Source: Minisyncoccota bacterium (GTDB lineage Bacteria > Patescibacteriota > Minisyncoccia > Minisyncoccales > CSSED10-335). From it: 64,000 nt of DNA. The stretch's first letter is position 1. The number at the start of each line of letters is the position of its first letter. The notes below the pieces were generated by a model. That model had not been told where the DNA came from. It was given only the letters and a program-made list of their open reading frames with translations, and did not search any database. The position numbers and the translations under genes were made by a program. Positions 50,864 through 59,551 of the stretch are shown here, piece after piece. The DNA lies in contig JAQVRO010000001.1 in assembly GCA_028701035.1 (NCBI GenBank), positions 5,497 to 69,496 on the forward strand, read 5' to 3'.

Positions 50864-53842
50864 TTAAAATTTAAGGTCTAAGTCAGAGATATCAACTTCC
50901 TTTGGTTTTTCCTCTTTTTTAGTTTCAACTATTTTTTTGTCTTGTTGTTTATCCTCTGGCTCTTTTTGTTCTTCCTTAACTTCAATCTTTTTTTCAGCTA
51001 TAGCATCCTTTCTCTTGGCTTCTTGTTCTTCTTGGGCTCTCTTCTTAGCTTCGGCTTCTTTTTTTTGTTGCTCTATCTTTTTCAAGTAATCCTCGGCTTG
51101 TTCGTATATTGATTTAGCAGAGAAAAATCCAGCTTTCTTTTCAGGTTTGGTAGCTTTAGTTAATACTTCCTTAAATGCAGTAGCACTTTCTTCTAGCTTA
51201 TGACTATTATACATAGAAACTGCATTTTTGAAAAGACTATTAATTTCTAATTCTTTTTCTTTATCGACTTGTGGCCTCTCCTGTTGGACTTTAGCTATAA
51301 CTTCTCTTCTTTTAGATTCTTGTTCTTCTTGGGCTCTCTTCTTAGCTTCAGCTTCTTTTTTTTGTTGTTCTATCTTTTTCAAGTAATCTTCAGCTTGCTC
51401 GTATATTGATTTAGCAGAGAAAAATCCAGCTTTCTTTTCAGGCTTTGAGGCTTTAGTTAATACCTCTTTGAATGCAGTAGCACTTTCTTCTAACTTATGA
51501 CTGTTATACATAGAAACTGCATTTTTGAAAAGACTATTAATTTCTAATTCTTTATTTTTCTTTACTTCTTCTGCTTCTTTCTTTTGTTTTATCTTAAGAG
51601 CTTCTTCGGATTTTTTAAGATATTCTTCGGCTTGTTCATATAATGTTTTGGCAGAAAATAGTCCAGATTTTTTTTCGGGCTTAGGGTCTTTCTCCATTAC
51701 CTTTTTGAAACAAACTATACTTTCTTCTATCTTTTGATGATTATACAAAGATACCGCATTATTAAAAAGATTTTTAATTTCTAATTCTTTCTTTTTCTGG
51801 TCCTCCAACTCTTCTTGAGCTTTCTTCTTAGCCTCAGCCTCGGCTTTTTCTTTGGCGATTCTCTCGGCTTCAATTTTCTTCATTGCTTCTTCCCTGGCAC
51901 GCCTTTCTTCCTCTTGCCTCTTCTTAGCTTCAGCCTCAGCTCTTTGTTTATTCTCTTCTTCTTGTTTTCTCCATCTAAGTTCTTTTTCTGCCTTAATTAT
52001 ATAGTTTTCAGCTTTAAGTTTAAGAGAAATTCCTTTATCTTTAGATAAAGATACAAATATGTCTGGGTTTTGGTTGATTTTTTCTAATTTATTTAAAACA
52101 CTATTAAAGCCAACCAAGCTCTCTTCGAATTTACCTTGATCGAATAGATTAACCGAATCATCTATTATCTTGTTTAACTCTTGACGAACAAGCTCTTCTT
52201 TAGCTTTTCTTTCAAACTCATATTCAATTTCTTTTTTAGCCTCCTCTTTAGCTCTTCTTTCAATCTCCCGCCTTTCTGCATCTTGTTTTATCTTTGATAT
52301 TTGATTTTCAGCTTTTAAATATATTGGGTGATTTTTGTCTAGCTTGCTCATTAGTTGCTGAAACCCTTTCATGCAACTATCTAAGTCTCCATTTTGGTAT
52401 AGATTATTGCATCGCTCAAATTCATTAACAAGTTCTTTTTCTTTCTCTTCTTGGGCTCTTCTTGCTTCTTCCATTGATCTTTGCTCTTCTAATTCTTTTT
52501 GTTTTCTTAATTCTTCTGCCTCTTGAATACGCTTCTTCTCTTCTTCTTGCCTCTTCCACCTAATATCTTTCTCTGCTTTCAAGATGTAGTTCTCTGCTTT
52601 GAGTTTAAAAGATACTCCCGCGTCGGCTAGTGAAGTAAATTCGTTTAGCTTAGATAATACATTTTTAAAAGATACAATACTCTCTTCAAGTTTGCCTGAT
52701 TCGTAGAGAGAAATACCTTCAGCTAAAATGGAATTGAGCTCGACTCTTTGTTGTTCTTGTAGCTGGCGTTGCCTAGCTAGTTCTGCTTCCCTTTCTAGTC
52801 TTTCTTGTTCTTCTTTTTTAGCTCTTTCTTCTTGGGCTCTTCTTTCTTCTTCTTGCCTCTTCCACCTAATATCTTTCTCTGCTTTCAAGATGTAGTTCTC
52901 TGCTTTGAGTTTAAAAGACACTCCCTCGTCGGCTAGTGAAGTAAATTCGTTTAGCTTAGATAATACATTTTTAAAAGATACAATACTTTCTTCGAGTTTG
53001 CCTGATTCGTAGAGAGAAATACCTTCAGTTAAAATGGAATTAAGCTCAGCTCTTTGTTGTTCTTGTAGCTGGCGTTGCCTAGCTATTTCTGCTTCCTTTT
53101 CTAGTCTTTCTTGTTCTTCTTTTTTAGCTCTTTCTTCTTGAGCTCTTCTCGCTTCTTCTATTGCTCTTTGTTCCTCTAATTCTTTTTGTCTTCTTAATTC
53201 TTCTGCCTCTTGAGCCATTCTTCTTTCTTCTTCTTCTTTTTGTTGCTTAAGAATTCTGTGCTCTTCGTGCATCTTTTCGAGATCAATAGCACTATCAAGA
53301 TCTCTTAAGTTCTTTGTTAAAGTGTTAAGTTCTATTAAAGCCTTATCTGTTTTTTGTTTTAACTCAGCGATATTAGATTGTTCAACGCTATAATTCTCAG
53401 TTATTCTTTCAATGTTTTGAGCTCTTTTAGATATTTGACTTTCTAGTTGACCTACCTTCTCTTCTATTGCCCATCTTTTATCTTCTAGCTCTCTTCTTTT
53501 GTCTACCAATGCCCATCTTTCACGCTCAATCTTTCTCTTCTTTTCTATGTCATCAGTAGATGTTTCTTGGTTTTCAATATTCTCTTTTTCTTTATCGAGA
53601 ACTTCTTTTTCTTTTAAGATATATTCTATTTCTTTCGAAAGATTAGCTTTCTCGTCAACATCCTTAGTCATTGCTAATTCTTCAGCTTCTTTTTCCCTAA
53701 GAGCACTGTTTAGATATTCGTCTTTTACTTTTTTGAGTTCACTTAAACGCTCTGCTTCTTTTTGCAGAAGCGAAGAGTTTTGCTCAATTGATTTTTTTTG
53801 CAACTCCAACTCTTTTATTTTACTGTTGGTGATTTCTTGCAT
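50864..53842 (-). CDS. 992-aa coiled-coil protein with repeated TPR-like helical hairpins
   Basis: E/K/R-rich coiled coils alternating with LY..GKLEES..F..VL..KAENYI units. Confidence 0.8.
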   Translation of the reverse strand: MQEITNSKIKELELQKKSIEQNSSLLQKEAERLSELKKVKDEYLNSALREKEAEELAMTKDVDEKANLSKEIEYILKEKEVLDKEKENIENQETSTDDIEKKRKIERERWALVDKRRELEDKRWAIEEKVGQLESQISKRAQNIERITENYSVEQSNIAELKQKTDKALIELNTLTKNLRDLDSAIDLEKMHEEHRILKQQKEEEERRMAQEAEELRRQKELEEQRAIEEARRAQEERAKKEEQERLEKEAEIARQRQLQEQQRAELNSILTEGISLYESGKLEESIVSFKNVLSKLNEFTSLADEGVSFKLKAENYILKAEKDIRWKRQEEERRAQEERAKKEEQERLEREAELARQRQLQEQQRVELNSILAEGISLYESGKLEESIVSFKNVLSKLNEFTSLADAGVSFKLKAENYILKAEKDIRWKRQEEEKKRIQEAEELRKQKELEEQRSMEEARRAQEEKEKELVNEFERCNNLYQNGDLDSCMKGFQQLMSKLDKNHPIYLKAENQISKIKQDAERREIERRAKEEAKKEIEYEFERKAKEELVRQELNKIIDDSVNLFDQGKFEESLVGFNSVLNKLEKINQNPDIFVSLSKDKGISLKLKAENYIIKAEKELRWRKQEEENKQRAEAEAKKRQEEERRAREEAMKKIEAERIAKEKAEAEAKKKAQEELEDQKKKELEIKNLFNNAVSLYNHQKIEESIVCFKKVMEKDPKPEKKSGLFSAKTLYEQAEEYLKKSEEALKIKQKKEAEEVKKNKELEINSLFKNAVSMYNSHKLEESATAFKEVLTKASKPEKKAGFFSAKSIYEQAEDYLKKIEQQKKEAEAKKRAQEEQESKRREVIAKVQQERPQVDKEKELEINSLFKNAVSMYNSHKLEESATAFKEVLTKATKPEKKAGFFSAKSIYEQAEDYLKKIEQQKKEAEAKKRAQEEQEAKRKDAIAEKKIEVKEEQKEPEDKQQDKKIVETKKEEKPKEVDISDLDLKF
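51021..51553. repeat. Intragenic direct repeat (~236 bp, offset 297 bp)
   Basis: 51021-51256 is near-identical to 51318-51553; a more diverged copy follows at about 51600-51800. Confidence 0.85.
52541..53149. repeat. Intragenic tandem duplication (306 bp / 102 aa)
   Basis: 52541-52846 is near-identical to 52847-~53149. Confidence 0.9.
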
Positions 53843-53889
53843 GTTTATTATTTATATTTCTATTATATACAATGTATATTTTTTTGCAA
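53823..53889 (-). repeat. Direct repeat copy X1: promoter and first codons of the 992-aa gene
   Basis: 59/67 identical, ungapped, to 57710-57776; minus strand TTGCAA..TATAAT..ATG. Confidence 0.88.
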
Positions 53890-53911
53890 TAGTTCTTGCT
53901 GTTTAGCTTCT

Positions 53912-53936
53912 GATTAAGGCGCTAAGCGCCTTAATC
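53912..53936. repeat. REP B
   Basis: GATTAAGGCGC-TAA-GCGCCTTAATC. Confidence 0.9.
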
Positions 53937-54078
53937 TGCCATTGCCTTATTTTAAATATTTCAATATTATTTTATCACAAAAAATTAAAAAATCTAGCAC
54001 CTGATTAATTGGAGAAATAATTTATATGTTAATTCTCTGATATTAATTAATAAAATAATAAAAACGGCATCCACATAC

Positions 54079-54927
54079 TCAACACACATAGTATCTTCCC
54101 CTATCCTTCTTCACAATTCCTTTTAAGCAAAGAATAGAAAGCGTCGTGTTCGTCTGTGAAATATTCATCTCTATAATCTTACAAATACTGTTTGCATCCA
54201 TCGCTTCGCTTTTCAAAACATCAAAAACTTTCTTTTCGTTTTCTGAAAGTCCTTCTACTTTTTTTGCACTTCTTTTCTCTGAGCTTTTATTAAAAAAAGA
54301 AAGTATTTCTTCTGCTGAAAGAACACTCTTGGCCAATCCTTCTTTGATAATTCTGTTTGTCCCTTGTGATGTGGGATTAAATATAGAACCAGGGACGGCA
54401 AAAAGTTTTCTTTTGTATTTAACTGCTAAATTCACCGAAATAAGTGTTCCGCTTTTTTCTTCTGCTTCAACGGCAAGCACTGCTTTTGAAAGTCCAACAA
54501 CAATCCTATTTCTTTTTGGATAAGTCCACTTGCTAGGAGGGTATCCGTTATCAAACTCAGAAAGAATAAGACCCTTCTCTTCTATCTCTTTGTAAAGATC
54601 TCTTTGATAAGCAGGATGAATAACATCAACCCCACACGGCATAACAGCAATTGTTTTTCCACCCACACTTAACGCTGCACGGTGTGCCGCCGCATCAACG
54701 CCATACATAAATCCAGAAACAATAGTCACTCCTTCTTTAGCAACCTTTGAAACAATTTCCTCAACAACTCTCTTGCCATAACTAGTTATTCTCCTTGAAC
54801 CAACAACCGCCAAAGTATCACTAAAAATACTCTCATCAAAATCCCCTCTATAATTCAAAGCAACAGGAGCATCCTCAATCCCCTTTAAAATACTAGGATA
54901 GTTTTTATTATCAAGAAATATCTTCAT
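54079..54927 (-). CDS. dprA: DNA-processing protein DprA
   Basis: AVVGSR, IVSGFMYGVDAAAH, YPKRNRIV, VEAEEKSGTL, FAVPG; C-terminal wHTH. Confidence 0.95.
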   Translation of the reverse strand: MKIFLDNKNYPSILKGIEDAPVALNYRGDFDESIFSDTLAVVGSRRITSYGKRVVEEIVSKVAKEGVTIVSGFMYGVDAAAHRAALSVGGKTIAVMPCGVDVIHPAYQRDLYKEIEEKGLILSEFDNGYPPSKWTYPKRNRIVVGLSKAVLAVEAEEKSGTLISVNLAVKYKRKLFAVPGSIFNPTSQGTNRIIKEGLAKSVLSAEEILSFFNKSSEKRSAKKVEGLSENEKKVFDVLKSEAMDANSICKIIEMNISQTNTTLSILCLKGIVKKDRGRYYVC

Positions 54928-55267
54928 AATGCGTAATTCTCTCTACTCCCCCATTATTATTTAGCACAATACAAATCAAATCTATTCTGTATTGCCCCTT
55001 GTAGTTTTTTCTTTGAGCGTATCCTAATGCCCCTCTTCTTAATCTCCTTGTCTTATCTTTTTTGATTGTTTCTTCTGGACTACCAAATCTTTCGCTAGTT
55101 TTTGTTCTTACTTCCACAAAAACAAGCTCATCATCTTTACTAGCAACAATATCAATTTCTACATATTCTGTTTTGTAATTCCTTTCTAAGATCTGAAAGT
55201 CATTCTTTTGTAAGTATTCACAAGCAATATCTTCTCCTTTTATTCCTACATCTTGTTTGTTATGCAT
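54911..55267 (-). CDS. yraN: YraN family PD-(D/E)XK nuclease
   Basis: GEDIA..YL, ILERNY, EIDIVA, LVFVEVRT, YRIDL. Confidence 0.92.
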   Translation of the reverse strand: MHNKQDVGIKGEDIACEYLQKNDFQILERNYKTEYVEIDIVASKDDELVFVEVRTKTSERFGSPEETIKKDKTRRLRRGALGYAQRKNYKGQYRIDLICIVLNNNGGVERITHYEDIS

Positions 55268-55278
55268 TATAATCGTTA

Positions 55279-56805
55279 CTATTTTCTCGGTTCATCTAGG
55301 CGATACTGCAACGCCTCAGCAATATGCTCTATTTTTATTTCTTCACTTCGACCAAGATCAGCAATTGTTCGCGCAACTTTTATTACTTTAAAATATGCTC
55401 TCGCAGACAAGTGAAACTCCAACGAAGCACTGACTAAAACATCCTCTACTTCTTTAGATAAAGAAGCATACTTTTCTATCTGCTTGTTCTTCATTTCAGA
55501 GTTTGTAAAAATATTTTCCTCTTTAAACCTCTCTTTCTGTAATTCTCTTGCTTTCTCAACTCTCTTTCTTATCTCTTTTGACTTTTCATTATTTGCCCTC
55601 TTCTTTTCTTCCGCAGTTAATTTTTTAGTTTCTACATCGGGAACCTCTATATGAATATCAATCCGATCAAGCATCGGGCCAGAAACTCTTTTCCTATACC
55701 TTTCAACTTCTCTCTCAGTGCAACTACACTGTTTCTTTTCACTGTTAAGATATCCACAAGGGCAGGGATTAGCAGCAGCAACAAACATATATCGTGCGGG
55801 ATAAACAACACTCTCAATACTTCTTGAAATATTTACATATCCGTTCTCCATCGGTTGTCTTAGAGCTTCCAACGCCGATCTTTGAAACTCGTTTAGCTCA
55901 TCTAAAAACAATACTCCTCTATGGGCAAGTGTCACTTCTCCGGGCCGAGGACGAGTTCCTCCGCCAGTAAGTCCAATTGAAGATATCGTGTGATGTGGAG
56001 CACGAAAAGGACGATTTTGAATAAGCGAACTTCCCGGAGGCAGATTGCCAGAAACAGAATATATCTTTGTTACTTCAATTGACTCTTCTTCATTTAATTT
56101 TGGGAGAATCCCCGAAAAAGCTCTTGCAAGCATTGTTTTCCCACTTCCCGGACCACCAATCATAAACAAATTATGCCCTCCCGCTGCCGCTATCTCTAAG
56201 GCTCTCTTTGCTTCTTCTTGTCCTAAAACTTCTTCCATATCAAACTCACAGAAAAAATCCTCCTTCTGTTTCTTGTACTTCGCTCTTTCCGGCTGTTCCC
56301 TTCCACTTAAAAATGCTGTTAATTGCGAAAGATCTTTTACTGGATAAACATTTACTCCCGCCACTACCGACGCCTCGTTAGCCGAAAGCATAGGAAGAAA
56401 TATATTTTTGTATCCGTTTTCTTTTGCAAAAAGAGCAAGTGGAAGCGCTCCTTTTGTATGCCTCAACTCTCCATTTAAAGAAAGCTCTCCAAAGAACAAA
56501 CTTTTTTCAGGAATGGTTAAATTTAAAACCGAAGCAATAATTCCAGTAGCTATCGGCAGATCATAACAAGAACCATCTTTGGGAACATCAGCTGGAGCAA
56601 GGTTAACAATTATTCTCCTTCTGGGAAACTCTATTTTTGAGTTGCTTATTCCCGCCCGAACTCGCTCCTTACTCTCATCAACAACCTTCGCTGGAAGTCC
56701 AACAATATCAAAACTGGGAAGCCCCTTCTTCATCACATTGACTTCCACATCAACCCCAATAGAATTAAGGCCTAAATGAGCGACAGATGGTATCTTAATA
56801 AACAT
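55279..56805 (-). CDS. comM: ComM/YifB Mg-chelatase-like AAA+ ATPase
   Basis: IVGLP, VNLAPAD, GGPGSGKTM, RPFRAPHH, GEVTLAHRGVLFLDE, NPCPCG, SGPMLDRID. Confidence 0.95.
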   Translation of the reverse strand: MFIKIPSVAHLGLNSIGVDVEVNVMKKGLPSFDIVGLPAKVVDESKERVRAGISNSKIEFPRRRIIVNLAPADVPKDGSCYDLPIATGIIASVLNLTIPEKSLFFGELSLNGELRHTKGALPLALFAKENGYKNIFLPMLSANEASVVAGVNVYPVKDLSQLTAFLSGREQPERAKYKKQKEDFFCEFDMEEVLGQEEAKRALEIAAAGGHNLFMIGGPGSGKTMLARAFSGILPKLNEEESIEVTKIYSVSGNLPPGSSLIQNRPFRAPHHTISSIGLTGGGTRPRPGEVTLAHRGVLFLDELNEFQRSALEALRQPMENGYVNISRSIESVVYPARYMFVAAANPCPCGYLNSEKKQCSCTEREVERYRKRVSGPMLDRIDIHIEVPDVETKKLTAEEKKRANNEKSKEIRKRVEKARELQKERFKEENIFTNSEMKNKQIEKYASLSKEVEDVLVSASLEFHLSARAYFKVIKVARTIADLGRSEEIKIEHIAEALQYRLDEPRK

Positions 56806-56863
56806 AATACAATTTGATTAAATTCTAACAAATATAATACAATTATTAATACTTATTTAATCT

Positions 56864-56964
56864 CTATACTTCGCTTAATTAAGGCGCCTGGCGCCTTAAT
56901 CTAACCTCCTTAATTTATACTTCGCTTAATTAAGGCGCCTGGCGCCTTAATCTGAACTCCTTAA
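56864..56964. repeat. REP cluster C (2 tandem units, period 51 bp) downstream of RAYT
   Basis: TATACTTCGCTTA-ATTAAGGCGC-CTG-GCGCCTTAAT plus a CTCCTTAA tail, twice; same linker as in cluster A. Confidence 0.9.
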
Positions 56965-56968
56965 TACT

Positions 56969-57640
56969 TTAATCCTTTTCTATTAAATATTTATCTATAT
57001 CTTTTTTATTACGGCTTTCCTCAATCACCATTTTGACAAACTTTTTATACTCCACTACCGAATTTGACCCTTGTGCTTCAGAAAAATGATCAAGAATAAT
57101 GTCTTTACTCGCAACCAAATCGTCTGGCCTTTCTCCTAAGAAATATCCATAGCTTGTCCATGGATAATCTTCAACATCAGCTATTTTATGAATTTGTGAA
57201 TTACCATTGATATAGGCAGACAGCCAAAGAAGATAATCATCATTATCAATATGAATTGCTTTGTAAGCTCCTTGGAATAATCTACCTGGGCGATTGTATT
57301 TTTTATTAATAAAATTAGTATAGCTGTGTCCTATTTTGTGTAAAAATTTAGAAATACCATCATCGGTTAATTGTTGTAATATCAAATGATAATGATTAGG
57401 TAATAAATTATAAGCATTTATTGTGACTATTTTTTCTAATCCCTCTAAGAAGGAGCTTAGCTCCTTAATATCTTTACGAGCCACAGATGCCCTTTCTTCG
57501 TAATAAGATTTATTATTAAAATCCTTTAAGCCTCTTTTAAACATTTTATAATCTTCGTCTTCTCTAAAAAGCAATGAATCAGCTACAGCTCGATTATAAA
57601 CATGATAGTATTCACCATTGGTAAATTTTATTTTTCTCAT
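56969..57640 (-). mobile_element. REP-associated tyrosine transposase (RAYT; IS200/Y1 HUH family)
   Basis: GEYYHVYNR, AYNLLPNHYHLIL (HUH), GRLFQGAYK, AYINGN (candidate catalytic Tyr), YPWTSY; REPs on both sides; no tnpB. Confidence 0.9.
57450..57469. repeat. REP D inside the RAYT coding sequence
   Basis: AAGGAGC-TTA-GCTCCTTAAT, read as IKELSSF in the transposase. Confidence 0.8.
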
Positions 57641-57652
57641 ATAACTTTTTTC

Positions 57653-57702
57653 GTTAAGGAGCCTGGATTAAGGAGCCAGGCTCCTTAATCTAACCTCCTT
57701 AA
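57653..57702. repeat. REP E
   Basis: GTTAAGGAGCCTGG-ATTAAGGAGC-CAG-GCTCCTTAAT-CTAACCTCCTTAA. Confidence 0.9.
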
Positions 57703-57709
57703 TTTGTTG

Positions 57710-57776
57710 CTGTTGGTTATTGCTTGCATATTTATTATTTATATCTCCATTATATATAATGTGTATTCTTTTGCAA
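57710..57776 (-). repeat. Direct repeat copy X2: duplicated promoter and truncated gene start, now upstream of RAYT
   Basis: Matches 53823-53889; ATG at 57729 gives MQAITNSNKLRRLD* vs MQEITNSK in the full gene. Confidence 0.88.
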
Positions 57777-57798
57777 GCGTTCAGTTGTTTGGTTCTTG

Positions 57799-57848
57799 GT
57801 TAAGGAGCCTGGGTTAAGGAGCCAGGCTCCTTAATCCGACCTCCTTAA
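57799..57848. repeat. REP F
   Basis: GTTAAGGAGCCTGG-GTTAAGGAGC-CAG-GCTCCTTAAT-CCGACCTCCTTAA; abuts the stop codon of the pilin-LamG gene. Confidence 0.9.
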
Positions 57849-57849
57849 T

Positions 57850-59547
57850 TTATTTGGTGGTCCAGGTGGGGCCGTCTCCAACAGGTAAGAGGGTTCCGTG
57901 GTTGTCGTTTCCGCTTCTGTCGTAGGCGGTTTCGCCTTGACCTTCGTTTAATGGCCAGTGGCCAACGAGGCCGTTTCTGATATCGTAGCCTTTGTAGAGT
58001 TGCTCTACTTCTTCTGCAGAGAGAGCTCGGTTGTATATACGGACATCGTCGATAAGACCGTCCCAAAAATAAATATCAATACCCCCCACTCTTAAAGGTC
58101 CTACTATATCAATACTTGTAGAATCGACCCTACTTCCTATAAAAGAATTGTCAATAAATAGATTTGCATTAGATCCATTTCTAGAAAAAAATAAATAATG
58201 CCACTCTCCATCATTGTAATTCTCAGTTGTTGTTATTCTATTCGTACCTCCCCCCATCCAATAAACCCAAACTCCGTAAGGCTCATTATTAAAATTAAAA
58301 GATATATTATTAGCACTATAACTTGATCCAAAATTTAAAGCATGCATCCTCTTATTTGATATTTCGCTTTTAAACCAGAAACCAACCGAAAGATTATTTG
58401 TCCCAAAATCCCAGGCAGAATCATTCGGAATATTCGCATAATCGTTAGTGCCGTCGAAGTTTAGGGCGATTTCGGGGGCGCCGGTGGAAACTTCTTTGGT
58501 TTCGTCTTCAGTGGATTTTAAGGAAATGTTTTTGGTGACGGGGTTTTGCCAAATGGTATATTTGCTAGAATATTCGTAGTTGTATAGGTCTTGGATTTCT
58601 TCTGCTGATAGTGCTCGGTTATAGATGCGGACATCGTCGATAAGACCTTCCCATGACTGAGTTGTACTCCCTGGAAGGACTTGCCCAAATACATCATTTT
58701 CAGTATTATCGCCTAAAGTATCCAGAGATCCTGTTTCAGTTCCAGTTAAATTGCCATTTTTATAAGCTTTATAGGTTGTGCCATTTTTTACCCATGTAAT
58801 GTGTGTCCACTCATTTTCGGAGATAGTTCCAAAGTTTCCTCCTGTCCAGATGTCAATCCAATTACTGCCGGAGCCACTATAAAAAGAAATATTCTCTCCG
58901 TATATACCGACATAAAGAACCCCTTCCTTAGAAAATACTCTGTGATGTCCTGATGAAATTGGAGTCTTTACCCATGCTCCCAAAGACACCTCTGTTAAGT
59001 TGCTAGGGATTTTTACATCTCCTAAATCAATATAATCGTTATCTCCATCAAAATCTAAAGCTTCGCCCATTTTACCATCTACCCATGTAGGCCCATTAAA
59101 CAAAGTCCCATGGTTTTCGTTGCCACTGGCGTCATAGGCAGTTGTTCCACTTCCCTCGTCGAACTTCCAGTGTCCAACAAGCCCATCGGTAATATTACTT
59201 CCAGATATACTTCCCTCTTTTGGATCAACTAAATACTTACTTAAGTAGTTTGGTTTTAAGCAATCATACAAGTCATACTCTCCTGGGCCTGTGCCGATTG
59301 CAGTAAACTTATCTTGTGGAAGTGGTCCACTAGGACAATTCCAACCTCTATCGTTTTTTACTTTCTGTTGCACAGAGAGTAATATACTATTTAAATCTGA
59401 TTCTCTTTGAGAATCTCTTTGCGCTTTGATTTTTCCTACTGGGTCTACTGCTACCACAAAGAAAACTCCAAATATTATCATAACGCCAACGACAATCAAT
59501 AGCTCTATATATGTAAACCCTTTTGTTTTGTATAAATATTCTTTCAT
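57850..59547 (-). CDS. Type IV pilin-like protein with two LamG (concanavalin A-like) domains
   Basis: KG|FTYIELLIV; GLVGHW, ALDFDG, GLIDDVRIYNRAL twice. Confidence 0.88.
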   Translation of the reverse strand: MKEYLYKTKGFTYIELLIVVGVMIIFGVFFVVAVDPVGKIKAQRDSQRESDLNSILLSVQQKVKNDRGWNCPSGPLPQDKFTAIGTGPGEYDLYDCLKPNYLSKYLVDPKEGSISGSNITDGLVGHWKFDEGSGTTAYDASGNENHGTLFNGPTWVDGKMGEALDFDGDNDYIDLGDVKIPSNLTEVSLGAWVKTPISSGHHRVFSKEGVLYVGIYGENISFYSGSGSNWIDIWTGGNFGTISENEWTHITWVKNGTTYKAYKNGNLTGTETGSLDTLGDNTENDVFGQVLPGSTTQSWEGLIDDVRIYNRALSAEEIQDLYNYEYSSKYTIWQNPVTKNISLKSTEDETKEVSTGAPEIALNFDGTNDYANIPNDSAWDFGTNNLSVGFWFKSEISNKRMHALNFGSSYSANNISFNFNNEPYGVWVYWMGGGTNRITTTENYNDGEWHYLFFSRNGSNANLFIDNSFIGSRVDSTSIDIVGPLRVGGIDIYFWDGLIDDVRIYNRALSAEEVEQLYKGYDIRNGLVGHWPLNEGQGETAYDRSGNDNHGTLLPVGDGPTWTTK

Positions 59548-59551
59548 ATTA

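Noticed and set aside
56969-57640. Ordinary IS200/IS605 insertion sequence
   Set aside because: No tnpB, the protein is longer than typical TnpA with RAYT-type motifs, and it has multiple dispersed hairpins instead of two ends.
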